Positions 45,901 to 59,837 of a stretch of 64,000 nucleotides of DNA are shown here, piece by piece. A program made the translations under genes and the position numbers. The stretch is from assembly GCA_965112735.1 (NCBI GenBank), contig OZ218962.1:2170001-2234000 (forward strand), written 5' to 3'. Under the pieces are notes generated by a model. It was not told where the DNA came from. It worked only from the letters and a program-made list of their open reading frames with translations, and made no database searches. How positions within the stretch are numbered: position 1 is the stretch's first letter; each line of letters begins with the position of its first letter. The stretch is from Phaeosaccion multiseriatum. Lineage: Eukaryota > Protista > Ochrophyta, other classes.

Positions 45901-48900
45901 CATCCTCCTCCTTCTCCATCAGGTGATTGTTGTGGTGTCTGCAATCTCGGAGGCTCTTGAGGAGAAGCGGAAAGCGGGAGGAGGAGGAGGAGGAGGAGGA
46001 GGAGCGGAGGAGGAGCGCATAACGGCACCACAGCCACAGCAGAAGACGACGACGAACAAGAACGGGAAGAAGACAATGAAACCGCCACGGAAGAGAGGGG
46101 AAGAGGCTGAGGATGAGTCAGGGGAGGAGGAGGATGATGATGATGACGATGATGATGACTTCATCGAAGGCTGCCCTTCAGACAAGAGCGCCACGCAAGA
46201 GAGGGAGAGCAAAGCCGGCATCAAAGAGCAACAACAAGATGGCCGAGAGGGAGGAGGAGGAGAGGGGAGAGGAGGAGGGGTGATCTACTGCCCGCTGCTG
46301 GTGTTACTGCAGCACCTGTCCGTGAAAGTGCCCGAGCGGGCAGAACTGAGAAGGCGCGTGTCCACTGCCATCGCCACCCTCCTTCCCGCCACCAGCACCG
46401 CTTCGAGACGAAGGTGAGTGAATGAGTGAGTGAGTGAGGGAGGGGGGGGTGGGAGAGAGAGAGAGGGAGTGAGTGAGGGAGTGAGTCAGCGAGATATATG
46501 CACATGGGGTACCATCTGAGTCACAGCACAAGCAGCTTCCTCTCCTTCTGTACCTGAAAAGGCCATTCTGTGATGAGAAGCTTACTCACCGTTTGCCCTC
46601 ATGCCTTTCTCTCCATGTATCCACTGCCATCCCCCCCTCCCCCCCATCCTCTGCCATCCACCAAGATACATTGCCTTCGTGGGCAAGATGGGCGTGAGTG
46701 CCAAGATCGCCCACCGGGGGTTCGCAGTCGAGGTATCGCACAAGCTCCTCCCGGAAACCTGGCTCTGGGAAGTGGAGGGGAGGGAAGAGGCAGGGACAGA
46801 GGCAGGGACTGAGGCGGAGGAGATAAGGATGTCGCATCGCCCCCTCTCGAAGAGCGATGCTGGGGCTGCTAACGGCCGTATCACCAACTGCCATAGCGGT
46901 GGAGCCGCTCTGTTCGACGTTGTGGTCCGACGTTGCGGCGACAAGGCCCCTACAGTGCGCTCCAAGGCTGTAAGTGCCCCCTCCCCCCCCACTCACACAT
47001 TCACTCACTCACTCACTCACTCACTCACTTACCCACTCACTCACTCATTCACACACTCACTCACTCATTCACACACTCACTCACTCATTCACACACTCAC
47101 TCACTCAACTCGCCCACTCACTCACTCACTGACTGACTGACCGACTTGACATTTCCACACCTCTATTCATACGTAATTCTTACGTTGATTCCTGTAAGTC
47201 AATAAAATCCCCTCCTCCATTCCCATTCCTACATGCACGCCTTTGACATCTGCCCATCCCGCCGCCTCCTACCCCCCCCGGGGTCCCTTAGGCCTCTGCC
47301 CTGTGTGGTGTGCTGCAGCTTATTACGGCAGGGGAGAGAGTGCTCTCCGCGAAGGAAAGGGAGTCGACCGCAGCAGCAGCGGCGGCAGCAGTTGGTGATA
47401 CAGAGGGTGTGGAAGAAGAGAGCGAGGAACGCTCCACGGACCGTTCTTCTTGCCCCGCCGGACTCCGCCTCATGGCCAGCCGCATGAGGTGAGCCGCCGG
47501 TCCATCCCACTGCCGTCCCTCCCTCGTTCTCTCTTCTATTTCTTTCTCTCTCTCACGCACCTGGGGGACCCCCCTCTCTCTCTCCTTCTCTTATGTCGTC
47601 TCTCCCCCTCTCTCTCCCTGCCCCCCGTTTCTCTCTCTCACTCCAATCCCCTCTCTCTCTCTCACCCTCTCTCAACTCTCTCTCTCCCTCAGCGGCGACA
47701 ACCAAGTGCTGAACACGCTCCGGCAGCGTATCCTCGACGCTAAAGCCACCGTCAGGAGAAACGCCGTGTGTGCGCTCGAAGCCCTCCTCCTGCTGCAGCG
47801 TCAGAAGAGCCTCTCGGCAGAGCAGTTGGTGGTACAGCAGCAGCCAAAGCAGCAGCAGCAGCAGCAGCAGCAGTTGGTGGTACAGGAGCGCTCCTTGTTG
47901 CCGGGGAGGGACGTGCGGTTGCTGGAAGAGCGCTGCAACGATGTGTCGCTGTCCACACGCAAGGCGGCGGTGTCGGCATTGAGCAACTTACTCCTGGCCT
48001 GCCCGATGGACGAGGTGAGGAGGGGATACGGGAGGGGAAGGGGGGGGGAGGGGAGGGAGGGAGGCACACACACATATATATATTATATATATATGTATAT
48101 GTATATATGCACGCACGCACACGCACGCACACACACACACACTCACTGACTCACACACACATACTCACTGACTCACACACTCACACACTCCCACTGCTCC
48201 ACAACCCAACCCCTCCCCCCATGCATGCGTCTGCTCTTTTCCTCTCCATTCTCCAGACGCTGCAGCTGGCCTGGGTCCGCTCTGTGCTGCCGTTGGTGAG
48301 CGATCCGGAGGCGTCCTGCCAAGCTAGGGTCGTCGATCTGTGCCAGCAGGTTGGTGATACACAACAAAGGTCAAATGACGAACTAGTTAGTCCTGTACAA
48401 CCAAACCAAAAAAATTTCCGCCTACGATATGCGATTTCATTTACATTGATTGCCATCCCTCCTGCCGGCTAGGCTTTGCTTGTTTACAACCAAAGATATA
48501 CCTAAGACTGTTATAAGGCGATGATGCCCTTCCCTGACCCGCCTTCCTTCCTCCCATCCCTCCCCCCCCACCCTTTGTGTGCTCTGCTCCACTCTACTCT
48601 GTACCCGTGTGTGTGTGCGCGTGCGTGTGTTCGTGTGTGTGTGCGTGTATGCGTGCGTGTTTGCGTGGGTGTGTGCGTGGGTGCGTGCGTGCGTGTATCC
48701 ATGGGTGTGTGCGTGTATCCACCCCATGTAGGTGATTGTCCAGCGCGTTGTGCGGTGGCATGAGGAGGCGGTGCTTCTGCCCACCGGGGGAGGCTCCAGG
48801 GGGGCTGCCAAGACGGGCAAGCGGCGGGGAAAGCAGCAGCAGCAGCATCAACAGGAGGAGTTGGTGGTACAGCAGGGAGGTGCTTCATTTGCGGTGTGGC

Positions 48901-51601
48901 GCCTGTTGAGTCTCACAACTGTCGGAGACGGGCACAAGAGTCTCAAGAAGGTGAGAAAGAGGAGGAGGAGGGGGAGGAGGAGGAGGAGGAGGAGGAGGAG
49001 GAGGAGGAGGAGGAGGGGGAGGAGGAGGAGGAAGGGAGGGAGGAGGAGGAAGGGAGGGAGGAGGAGGAGGAGGAGGGGGAGGAGGAGGAGGAAGGGAGGG
49101 AGGAGGAGGAGGAGGAGGAGGAAGTGGAGGAAGAGGAGGAGGTGGAAGAAGAGGAGGAGGAGGAGGAGGAGGAGCAGCAGCAGCAGGAGCAGCAGCAACA
49201 GGAGGAGGAGGCGGGAGAATATGAAAGGCAGAGTTGTGCCTGGAGTTGTGAGCTCAGAGAAGCTCTTGGAGTACCCTCCCGTGCAGAGGGAGGGGTGGGT
49301 GGGGAAGGGGGAGGAGGCCATCTCACACATCACACGAGGGAAGGAGAAAGGATCATCTCCTCTTGCCTTCCTCTTACGCCCCCCCCTCTTCTTGTCTTCC
49401 TCTCCTCTCCTCCCCCTCCCCCCCTCTCTCTCACAAGGCAATCTCTCTGATGATGCGACGCGGTGAGGAGAACGGCTTTGCGTCTCAACCGGTGCTCAGG
49501 GCTCTCCGAGACGCGGCGGTTCTGGCCCTCCCGGACAAGAGGAAGGGGGACAGTACCACATCCACCGCCGCAGTCACAGATGTCACAGCTGTCACAGATG
49601 GAGGTGCATCGTATCACCAACACGGCATGATGGACGAGGGTGATGATGAAGCAGACGCCACTCACGGCCATAGCGGCGAGGGAGAGGAGGAGCAGCCGCA
49701 GGGGGGGCAGTTGGTGATACAGGAGGAAGAGAAGGACGAGGAGGAGGTCGAGGGGGAGGAGGAGCTTGCCGCCTTGGGTCGGGCTCTTGCCCCTGCCGAT
49801 AAGTCCGCTGTTCGCAGAGGGGCGTGGATTCTGCTGGAGGCCTTCCTAGCTATCGTGAGTACTTGGTGGCAGTCCGTGAGCTTGCTTGATTGTCTGCTGG
49901 CCTGCTCCTTTTGCGTGCTCGCTTCCTTGCTTCGATTTTCTTGCTACCTTGACAACTTTGAGGTCTTCTTCTTCTTCTTCTTCTTCTTCTTCTTCTTCTT
50001 CTTCTTCTTCTTCTTCTTCTTCTTCTTCTTCTTCTTCTTCTTCTTCTTCTTCTTCCTTCTTCTCTCACGCGGCGCACACGCACTCGCAGTCGCGCTTCTC
50101 CCTCTTCAGAGTCCTATTGAGTCTAACAAAAGGCCCATGATTGTTATCGGGGCGGTGTGTATATCTCTCTCTTCCGGCCTTCTTTAACCCTCCGCCTCCT
50201 TTCCTTCCCTTCCCCCCTCTTCGAAGAACTCGAGTGCTCTCGGTGGTGCCAGTGCCGCAGGTGTCACCGTTGGCGACGACTGCCTGAATGCCAAGGCCAA
50301 GAAGGCAAAGGGGGGCAAGAAGCAGCAGCAGCAGCAGAAGCCAGAGTCATCATCATCAGCCTCCTCCTCTTCTTCTTCTCCCTCCTTTCCAAACGGGGCC
50401 ACTTTCGTTGTCCGGTGCTGGCATCTCATCAAAGGTATGTTGTTGCACTGTTGTTGCACTGTTGTTGCAGTGCCGTTACGTTACATTGTCTTGTGCTCTC
50501 CTGTTCCCCTGTCTCTCTCCCCATCTCTGTCTCCGCCTGTTGGACGAATGTCGTTTGTGTTCTTCCCCTTGAAACTCAACGTGCGTGTTGGTGCTCCAAC
50601 ATGTCTTACTCTCTCCTCCCCACAGGGGGCATGGTGACCGGTTCACAGATGGCGGGGCGCGAGGCAGAGGCCGCAGAGGCGGACGGACGACGCGTGTTAC
50701 AGGTGTGAGGATTGGAACTGCGGAGTGCAGAATAGAGTAGAGCAGTTGGTGATACACAGCCGAGCAGAGCAGTTGGTGATACACAGCCGAGCAGGGCAGA
50801 GAGCGCCCCCCCAATCGTCACAGAAATCCCCCCTTCTTTTACGTCTCCTCCTCCTACCTACCCACCCTCCTTCCTCTACTCGCTCCTACCCGTACACATT
50901 CACCCACCCCCTCTACCCTAACCAAACCTACGGTACTCCCCCCCCCCTCCCTCGCTCCTAACCTATACGCTTCTACGCTCCACGCCTCCACCCATATGCC
51001 TCCACCCACCCGCCCTTCCAGGTGATGGCCAGCCTGGCGGGTTCCATCCCTGCCTCCTCTGCCACTCCTCTCGCTGCTGAGCTTCTCCTCTCCCTCGAGG
51101 CCCTTCACACACCGCCCAAGACATCCGCAGCCGTCGCCAAGGCGCTTACTCAGGTACGTACGTAACCCCTTACGTGTGATATCGATATCGGCTGTGGGGT
51201 CGATACTGCGCATCGACATTGTCATCGTGGGATGATTCATGATTCCCCCTTATTTTCTTTGGGACTGAACGGAACTTTCACTTTCCCTTCAACGAACTTA
51301 CGTACGTATCTTATCTTCCACGTGCTTGTGTGTGTGTATGTGCGTGTGTGCATGCGTGTGTGCTATGTGGGCATGCGTGTGCGCGCGTGTGTGTGTGCGT
51401 ATGTGTGTGCGCGCGTGGCCATACCCCCCCCCCCACCCACCCACCCACCCACCCACCCCAGCTGTGCTTCTCCAAGGCCCCCAGCCCGGAGAGCGGCGTG
51501 AGCATGTGCGAGGAGTGGGTCAACAAAGCGCTGCCCCTGTGGGAGGGAGTCTTGCAGACCTTCGTACAGGTGGGTGCGTGCTGATGGCAGCAGATGGGTG
51601 G

Positions 51602-51632
<31 letters not shown>

Positions 51633-54600
51633 AAGATGGCAGCAGATGTGTGGAGATGGCAACAGATGGATGGAGATGACAACAGAGGTGGACATGTGTG
51701 TTGGGATGGCAGCAGAAGGGTGGAGATGTGTGTGGACATGGCATCACTATAGTCGCATTTAACCTTCTCTCCCTTCTCTCCCCACCCCACCCGCCCACCC
51801 ACCCCCCCCTACCCTCTTCCACCTCACCAAACCGACGCTCTTCATGACGTCACCCTCCCCATCTCCTTTATGACGTCACCCTCTTCCTCTCCTTTATGAC
51901 GTCACCCTCTTCCTCTCCTTTATGACGTCACCCTCTTCCTCTTCCTTCATGTCCTCCCTCCTTGTACTTTCTACCCCATGTAGGACGGCTTGGGCGGCCT
52001 GAGTGGGCATCCGGGGCTGAGCAGCTGCACCAAGAAGGGGGGCGCCTTGGAGCTGGTGGAGAGGGCGCTCTTCATCATCGGCGAGGCGGTGCGTAAGATT
52101 ACGTACTCGTACATTACCTTTTCGCCCTTCCCTCCCTTCCTCCCTTGCCCCCGGTCCCTGCCCATACACCTCCAATGCACCCCTGAACAACTAACCTCTG
52201 CCCCATATGCCTCCAACACCCCCCTATATGTTACTTCGAAGTACATATATATACATATATATACCCCATATGCCTCCAACACCCCCCTATATGTTACTTC
52301 GAAGTATATATATATTATCAATATATATATATGTATACATATGTACGTTATATGCATATAAATGGCATCCCTCCCCCCCCCTACCCATGTGCATCCCAGG
52401 TAATGGTGGGGTTTAAGGCTGACGAGGAGGGTCCAAGCAGCGGGGCCTCGGCCTCGGACGGGCCCAGAGCACCCAAGTACAAAGTGTCAGGCTCCCTCGT
52501 CAAGGTGGTGCAGGTCAGTCAGGCAGGCAGCCAGTCAGTCAGTCAGGCATATGGGCAGCCAGCCAGGCAGGCATGTGCATTGCAAGTCAGGCAGTCAGTC
52601 ATCAAGCAGCCTATCAGTCACTCAGTCAGTCAGTCAGGCAGCCAATCAATCACTCAGTCAACCAGTCAGTCAGTCAGTCAGGCAGTCAGTTATCAGACAG
52701 CCAATCAATCACTCAGTCAACCAGTTAGTCAGTCAGGCAGTCAGTTATCAGGCAGCCAATCAATCACTCAGTCAACCAGTCAGTCAGTCAGGCAGTCAGT
52801 TATCAGGCAGCCAATCAATCACTCAGTCAACCAGTCAGTCAGTCAGGCAGTCAGTTATCAGGCAGCCAATCAATCACTCAGTCAACCAGTCAGTCAGTCA
52901 GGCAGTCAGTTATCAGGCAGCCAATCAATCACTCAGTCAACCAGTTAGTCTGTCAGGCAGTCAGTTATCAGGCAGCCAATCAATCACTCAGTCAACCAGT
53001 CAGTCTGTCAGGCAGTCAGTTATCAGGCAGCCAATCAATCACTCAGTCAACCAGTTAGTCTGTCAGGCAGCCAATCAATCACTCAGTCAACCAGTCAGTC
53101 ACGCAGGCAATAAGTCAGTGCGAGCAACCACCCCCAAGCGCCACCACAAACGCCCCGTCTCTCTCCCCTCTCTCTTCTCTCCCCTCTCTCCTCTCCCCTC
53201 TCCTCTCCCTTCCCCTCCTCTCTCCCCTCTCCTCTCTCCTCTCCCCTCTCCTCTCCCTTCCCCTCCTCTCTCCTCTCCCCCCCCCCCTCCAACCTTAGGT
53301 CCTCCTGCCCCCCTTCCTGCCTGCCGGGAAGGGCAGCAAATCGGACAGAGGCCCGCCTGTGCCTGACACGGTTCGAGCGCTTGCCTTCGTCTCGCTCGGT
53401 GAGGGAGGGAGGGAGGGAGGGAGGGAGGGGGTGGGTGGGGGCGGAGCGGGGGAGCGAGCGAGCGAGGGAAAGAGGGAGGGAGTGAGGGACGCAGGATGCG
53501 GGCAGTGTGTATCCGTGGAGACAGAGAGAGACACACCCGTATCGCAGAGACAGAGGTCGGGGCCGGCTGTGTGGGTTCAATCAAGGCATGTGATCAGTTA
53601 GCAAGTTTGTAGCAGACAGATCGTCATGGCCAGCTGTGTGGGTTCAATCCATGCAAGCAGTTCAGGAAGTTTGAAGTTTGCAACGTGTGAGCTCTCATGT
53701 TTCTCTCTCTCACTTCCTCCCTCGTGCCTCCAGCCCCCTCATCTCCCCATCCCCTCACCCATCCCCTGCCATCCACTGCTCCATCCCCCCACCCGCTCCC
53801 CTCCCCATCCACTGCCATCCCTTGCCCCACAGGCAAGCTTTGCCTGGTGAATCGCTCTCTCGCCAAGAGCTCCGTAACCGTCCTCGTCAGAGAGCTCTCT
53901 ACCGCCACCAGGTCCGTACCTTCCTTACATACCTACTTACGCCTACATGTGTGCTTACGTAACATGCTTGCGTACACAGTTACGCGAGATTCGCATACTT
54001 ACAAGAGGGCACACACACACTACACTAGATGGCACTAGATGGCTTCTCTCCTTCTTTTACTTTTCTCTCCTGTCCCAGGGCCGGGGAGTAAAGAAGATAC
54101 ACCCTTCATTCATCGTGCAATCTCCTTACATATCTTTGTCCTCCTCATCCTCCTAATCCTCCTCCTCCTCCCCCTCCTCCTCCTCCTCCTCCTCCAGCGC
54201 TGCGGTGCGCAGTAACGCTCTTGTGGTGTTGGGCGACCTTTGCATCCGTTACACGGCGATGGTGGACCGTTACATTCCGGTCATGGCCATCTGTCTGCAG
54301 GTGCGTGCAGGCGTGGGTGTGTGGGGTGGTGCGTGCGTGTGAGTGGGTGCGGGCGTGTGTGCGTCACTTAGACCTCTCCTGTAGGAGGTGTTGGGTGTGT
54401 CACCTTAGCCTCTCGTCTGTCGTGCTCTTGAGGCAACAACTCTGGGCCGAGAGGATGGGGTGGGAGGATGGCAGTCGATGGAGGGGGGTGGGGGGATGGG
54501 AGTGCATGGAGGGGGAAGAGGCTCGCAATGGGGCTCCCCTGCTTAGACAAAGACCTACCTCCCTCCCTCACTGCCTCCCTCGCCGTCTTCCCTCCTCCCT

Positions 54601-55096
54601 ACCTACCTCCCTACCTCCCTCTCAACCATCAGGACGACCACCCCCTCGTGCGCCGCCACGCTATCCTCCTGGTATCACAACTCCTCCTCCAAGACTATGT
54701 CAAATGGCGAGGCCTTCTCCTGTACAGCTTCCTCGCCACCCTTGTGGATGAGGACAAGGCTATTCGTAGCCTCGGCACCTTCACGCTCACGCAGCCATTG
54801 CTCAGCAAGTGCCCCAAAATGTAAGACGCACGCACGCACCCACCCACCCACCCACCCACCCACCTACACACGCAGGCACCCATCCACCCACCCACCCACC
54901 CACCCACACATGCAGGTTTACGACGGTTTACTCCTTTGCACCTCTCATGTCCTACACTCTGTTCTAGTCATCATCCCTCCCTGTCTGTCTTTGCTTTGTC
55001 TCGTCACCTCACTTCCTCCCTGCTCTACCCCTTCCTCTCCCCTCTGTACCCGCCCATCCGCCTCCCTCTGTCCCTGCCCATATGCCTACCTGTCTA

Positions 55097-55127
<31 letters not shown>

Positions 55128-58100
55128 TCTTGCCTACCTACCTGCCTGCCTGCCTGCCTGCCTGCCCATATGCCTCCACAGCTTCACTTTGAACTTTGTG
55201 GAGTGTGTGTTCGTGCTCAACAACTACTCCGAGCACCCCATGTACGCCGCGGCCGTGGCTGTGGGGTCCGAGGCAGGAGGGGTAGTGACGATGGACGGCA
55301 TCAATCTCGCAGGGAGGGAGCCCCAGCAGGTAGGATTTTCCTGCCATCTGTGACCTGTGCTCAAGAAGCAACACGCGTAGCTCTTTCACGAACATTCGTG
55401 ACAGTGGGACCTCACCTCCCTCTCCTCCCCTTTGTCCCTCCCCACCTGCCTGTAACCTTTACTCTCCCTCCCGCCCCCCCGCTCTCTCTCCCTCCCGCCC
55501 GCCCTCCCTCCCTCGCTCCCTACATCCCCTCTCTCCCTCCCACCCTCCCTTCCCTCCTGCCCTCCCTCCCTCCCTCCCTCCCTCCCTCCCTCCCTCTAGG
55601 TTTCGAAGCGCATGTCAATCTACAGAGCCATGCTCCGCAGTATGTCGGAAGAGGGCAAGATTTCTGTAACCGCCAAACTGGCCCAGGAAGTGCTCGCTCC
55701 GGCCGTGGATGGACACCTCCCCGCCGCCGCACCTGCTCTCACCGAGGCACATCGGAGAGTAAAGGCCAAGGTCTGTCGCATGGGTTGGTTGGTTGGTTGG
55801 TCGGTTCGCCGGAATGTGTAAATAGATTGGTCGACAATACTTTCCTCAACCTCTCCCCCCCCTCCCCTGCCTCGATCCCTCCCTCCCTCCCTCCCTCCCT
55901 CCCTCCCTCCCTCCCTCCCTCCCTCCCTCCCTCCCTCCCTCCCCCCCTCCCTCCCTCCCTCTCTCCCTCCCTCCTTCCCTCCCTCCCTCCCTCCCTCCCT
56001 TGCAGGCCGAAGATGTAGTTCGAGATGCCTTCATGGTACTTTCTTGCTCCGAGCTGAGCATCGGCAAGGGGGCAGTTGGTGATACACCAGCAGGAGCAGG
56101 AGGAGGGAGCGAGGAGGAGGAGGAAGAGGGCACGGCAGGTGGAGGAGGCCTTGCTGCTGCCAAAACCAAGCTACTCGCCAACATGTCCCGCAAGTAAGAG
56201 TTTCGTTTTCTTGTACATGGCGGTTGGGTTGGGGTGGGGTCATCATCGTGGATTCCACTCCCGCTCTCTCTTCCTCCTCCTCCTCCTCCTCCTCCTCCTC
56301 CTCCCGTTTCTCATCCTCATCCTCTCTCTCTCCCTCCCTCCCTCCTCTCCTCAGACACTTGATCGAGAATGTGGTGCCCGTGCTCATCAGTCTCAAGCAC
56401 ATGCTCGAGGCCGCCCACAGCCCGCTGGTCAAGTAAGGATATTGGTAGTGTGTACACAGATGGACTTAGTCTACGATGGAACTGCCCTTGCTCGTACCAT
56501 CTCTCTGTCTCTCTCCATCTCTCCCTCTCTCTTTCTTGCCTCTCCTAGTCTCTATACTTCTGTATTTATGTCTCCCTCCCTCTCTCTCTGCCTCTCTGTG
56601 TGTATGTGTGTGTCACTGCGCGTTTGCTCACGCACGCACACACACGCACGCCAGGGAGCTAATGGGGTACTTCCGGGACTTGGTTCGAAACTACAAGGTA
56701 AGGCAATACGCAATAATGGCAACTGAAACTGAAGCTGAAACTTAGACGGGGCGTCGCCCCTAGCCTACACGGGCCCACCTTTGGCCGAATGCCTCCCCCC
56801 CCCTTCCTCTCCTCTCCCGCTCGCTCGCTCGCTTACTCACTCACTCACTCACTCACTCACGTACTCACGTACTCACCACGATACGCAAGGTATCCACGTC
56901 GCCCCCTCCCCCTCTCACACCCACGCACGCACGCCCGCACACCCACGCGCTCACCCACGCAGGGAGAGGTGAAGGAGGTGCTGGACAAAGACGCCAACCT
57001 CGCTGCGGAGATTGAGTACGACCTCAAGCTCTTCGAGAAGGAGCAGAAGGAGGAGGCCGCCCGAAGGCTGCGGGAGGAGGAGGAAGAGCGCGAGGCAGAG
57101 GAGGAGGAGGAGGAGGCGGAGGCTGCGAGGCTTGCTGTTACTGCTGCCGCCGCCGCTGCTGCTGCTGCGAAGGGTGCAGATGGAGGAGGAGGAGGAGGTG
57201 TTGGTGGTGGTGGTCTAAGTAGTATGACCCCGACGCGTGGTAGGCAGGCCGCAAAGACTCCTCTGAGAGGAGTGGGCGTGTTCGGAGGAGGACGGAGGGG
57301 CGGAGCGACCACAGGGGGAAAGCAGCAGAAGCTGAAGCAGCTCCAGCAACAGCAGCGGCGGCGCAGCAGCATGGGAGGGGGGCTGAGCAGCGGCGGAGGC
57401 GGCGGAGGTGGCTCGCTCTCGATGCACGGATTGAGCGCAGTCAAACTCCGGGCGGACTCCGAGTCGGAACGGACGGGTGGAGGTGGAGCTGCGAGGGCTC
57501 GGAGCGTTGGGCGGAGCAAGAGCTTCAGCGGCCCGGCGAGCGGACTCGGGGGCTTCGTGTCACAGCAAAGCGCGTCAAAGCAACCTCTGCGAGCCCGGAC
57601 GCCGTCGGAGGCTGTTCGAGCGGCCGTGTACCGGGGTAGTGGTGGTGGTGGGACGCCCGGCGGGGTAGGGGGAAGGCGCATAGCAGCGCTGCTGTCGGGG
57701 GTGAGCACGGGGGGAGCAGCAGCAGCAGCAGGAGGAGGAGGAGGAGGGATGTCATCGTCGCCGATGGCCAGCAGCCTCAATTTCGCCGGAGGAAGGGATG
57801 CGCACACCACCACCACAACCACCACCACCACCACCACCGACATTTGCATCCCCTCGCCACTGGCACCAACGTAAGTGGTGGTCTGTTGTCAAACATGGTG
57901 GTATTGTGTTGTCGAGCATGGATGGCAGCCAATGCTCAAAGCTTGATCTCTCAGCACAGAGTCCTTCTTTCGTTGTCTGGAGGGGTGGGGGATGGGAGAG
58001 GGGAGGGGAGGGGACAATAAGGAGAGGGGAGGGGAGGGGAGCTCTTGTGTTGCGGGCTGAGTCGGAAGTTTTCTTCTTTTTCGATTGGATCACCCCTTCG

Positions 58101-58704
58101 CCACCCTCAGAGAGAGGAATCGCTGTGCTGGTGCTGATGCTGAATGTCGACGTCGATTTGTCTCTTTCTATGCAGGCAACACCCTCGAATGCGAAGGTGG
58201 TCTGTAACCGTGGCACCCCTGGCCGCCAGTCAAGACGCAGAGGAGAACGCAGAGGAGGAGAGTGGTGATGATGGTGAGGAGGAGGAGGAGGAGGAGGAGG
58301 AGGAGGAGGAGGAGGAGGAGGAGGAGGAGACCCAAGAGGAAAACGAAATCAACGGAGAGGGCGAGGGCAAGGACGAGAACAACCCCCCCCCCAAGGTTGG
58401 GTCCCGGTCTCGTACCAAGCCCAAGCTGGCCAAGGCAAGCGAAGAGGGTCTCCAGGCTGGGCTTGACGACAACCAAGAGGAAGAGGAAGAGAGCGGAAAG
58501 AGGCGGGGCCGAGCAGCGACGAAAGGCAGAGGCAAAAAAGGCCAAAGCGGTGGGAGTAGTTTGTTGGCCAAGGGGAAGGGTAAGGGCAAGAGCGCGAGGA
58601 AGAAGCCGACAATGGAGCCCTCTGCGTCAGCAGCGCTGGCATCGGCCGTGGCGGTGGAGAGCGGCGGGGGAGGAGGAGGGAGGAGGTCCAAGCGAGCAAG
58701 CTGA
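42961..58704 (+). CDS. NCAPD3: Condensin II complex subunit D3 (HEAT-repeat protein), more than 20 exons
   Basis: [134 protein letters not shown]...[13 protein letters not shown]. Last exon 58176-58704 carries RRWSV and a charged tail. Confidence 0.92.
51843..51941. repeat. 26-bp tandem repeat, four copies, each containing the palindrome TGACGTCA (NCAPD3 intron)
   Basis: TGACGTCA at 51845, 51871, 51897, 51923. Confidence 0.88.
52635..53100. repeat. 55-bp minisatellite built from (CAGT)n sub-units, ~8 copies (NCAPD3 intron)
   Basis: TTATCA marker recurs at 52690, 52745, 52800, 52855, 52910, 52965, 53020. Confidence 0.9.
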
Positions 58705-59428
58705 GGCGAGAACGCGAGAGGAGGGGGTGGCGGTCGTGGGGCGAGAGAGAAGAAAATGACGATGACTGCCAATGGGACACTGGTGGCGCGAGTCAGCGAA
58801 GGAATGGGTCAGGAGGAGTGCGTGCGTGTGTGTGTGTATGTGTGCGTGCGCGAAGGGCAGGGCAGGGAGGGAAGCGTGAAGCAGTGGTCGCGTGGTCGCG
58901 CTCGCTTCTTCGATGGAAAAAACAAATGGAAGCAATAACGTATGAAAACACAGTAATTTTAAAAAATAATTAATACTCGATTTGCGTTAAGAGTCGTCCA
59001 AATCGCCCCGTTTTTTGGGGGTCGGGCGGCAAGGGGGAGTGCTCCTGCAGAAATGCTGAAAACTTGGGAAGAAGGGGAAAGCGATGAAAGCCGAAAGGCT
59101 ATGGAGCGACGGGCATCTCAAAGAGCTACACGAAGAGCTATAGCGCTTCTCCCAGCGTCATTTTGCTTCAAGCGTCCAAACAATGTAGTGGGGGAAATGT
59201 AGGAAAATTAAAAAGGGAATTGTTTCCTTTGCCTTTCACGGAGACAGTGGGTTAGGTAGCACGCCCACCTGAAGCGAACCAACCAACCAACTAACCAACC
59301 AAGCAACCAACCAACCAACCAAGCAAGCAAGCAAGCAGGTAAGCTCTCGCTGACACGAGAATCGGATTTTGCCTTCTTCCTTTCTGCCCTCCCGTCGCGC
59401 TCTTGTCATTCGTGGTTTTGAACTAAAT

Positions 59429-59562
59429 GAATAGATTCATGCCAATGTTCTTGAATAGATTCATGTTAATGTTCAATGTTCTTGAATAGATTCATGTCAA
59501 TGTTCTTGAATAGATTCATGTCAATGTTCAATGTTCTTGAATAGATTCATGTCAATGTTCTT
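59429..59562. repeat. 24/31-bp tandem repeat (aatgttcttgaatagattcatgtc), ~5 copies, overlapping the XYLB stop codon and 3' UTR
   Basis: Directly visible. Confidence 0.85.
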
Positions 59563-59805
59563 GCCCTTGTGTAGAGCGCCTCTGCACGTCGAGCTCAAGT
59601 TGATGATAGGCTGGCAGCATGTCTGTGTAGAGCGAGAAGGGCTCCTCCCTGCCCCTCGCCACCTCCATCAGCCCGCGCTGCTCAAAAGTCCCCACCACGC
59701 GGCTGAACGGCACAATTGGAGCCTTACTGTCGGGGCTCACCACCTCGTCCCTCCCATCTACCTCCTCGTCTATTCCTCCTCTTTCTCCTCCTCCTCCTCC
59801 TCCTC

Positions 59806-59837
<32 letters not shown>

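Noticed and set aside
52201-52313. ~50-bp direct duplication in an NCAPD3 intron, and a 28-bp duplication at 2190-2247
   Set aside because: Ordinary local tandem duplications with no element between them.
53565-53656. Duplicated GCTGTGTGGGTTCAATC with a B-box-like core (tRNA or SINE?)
   Set aside because: No A-box or cloverleaf could be built; only a short local duplication.
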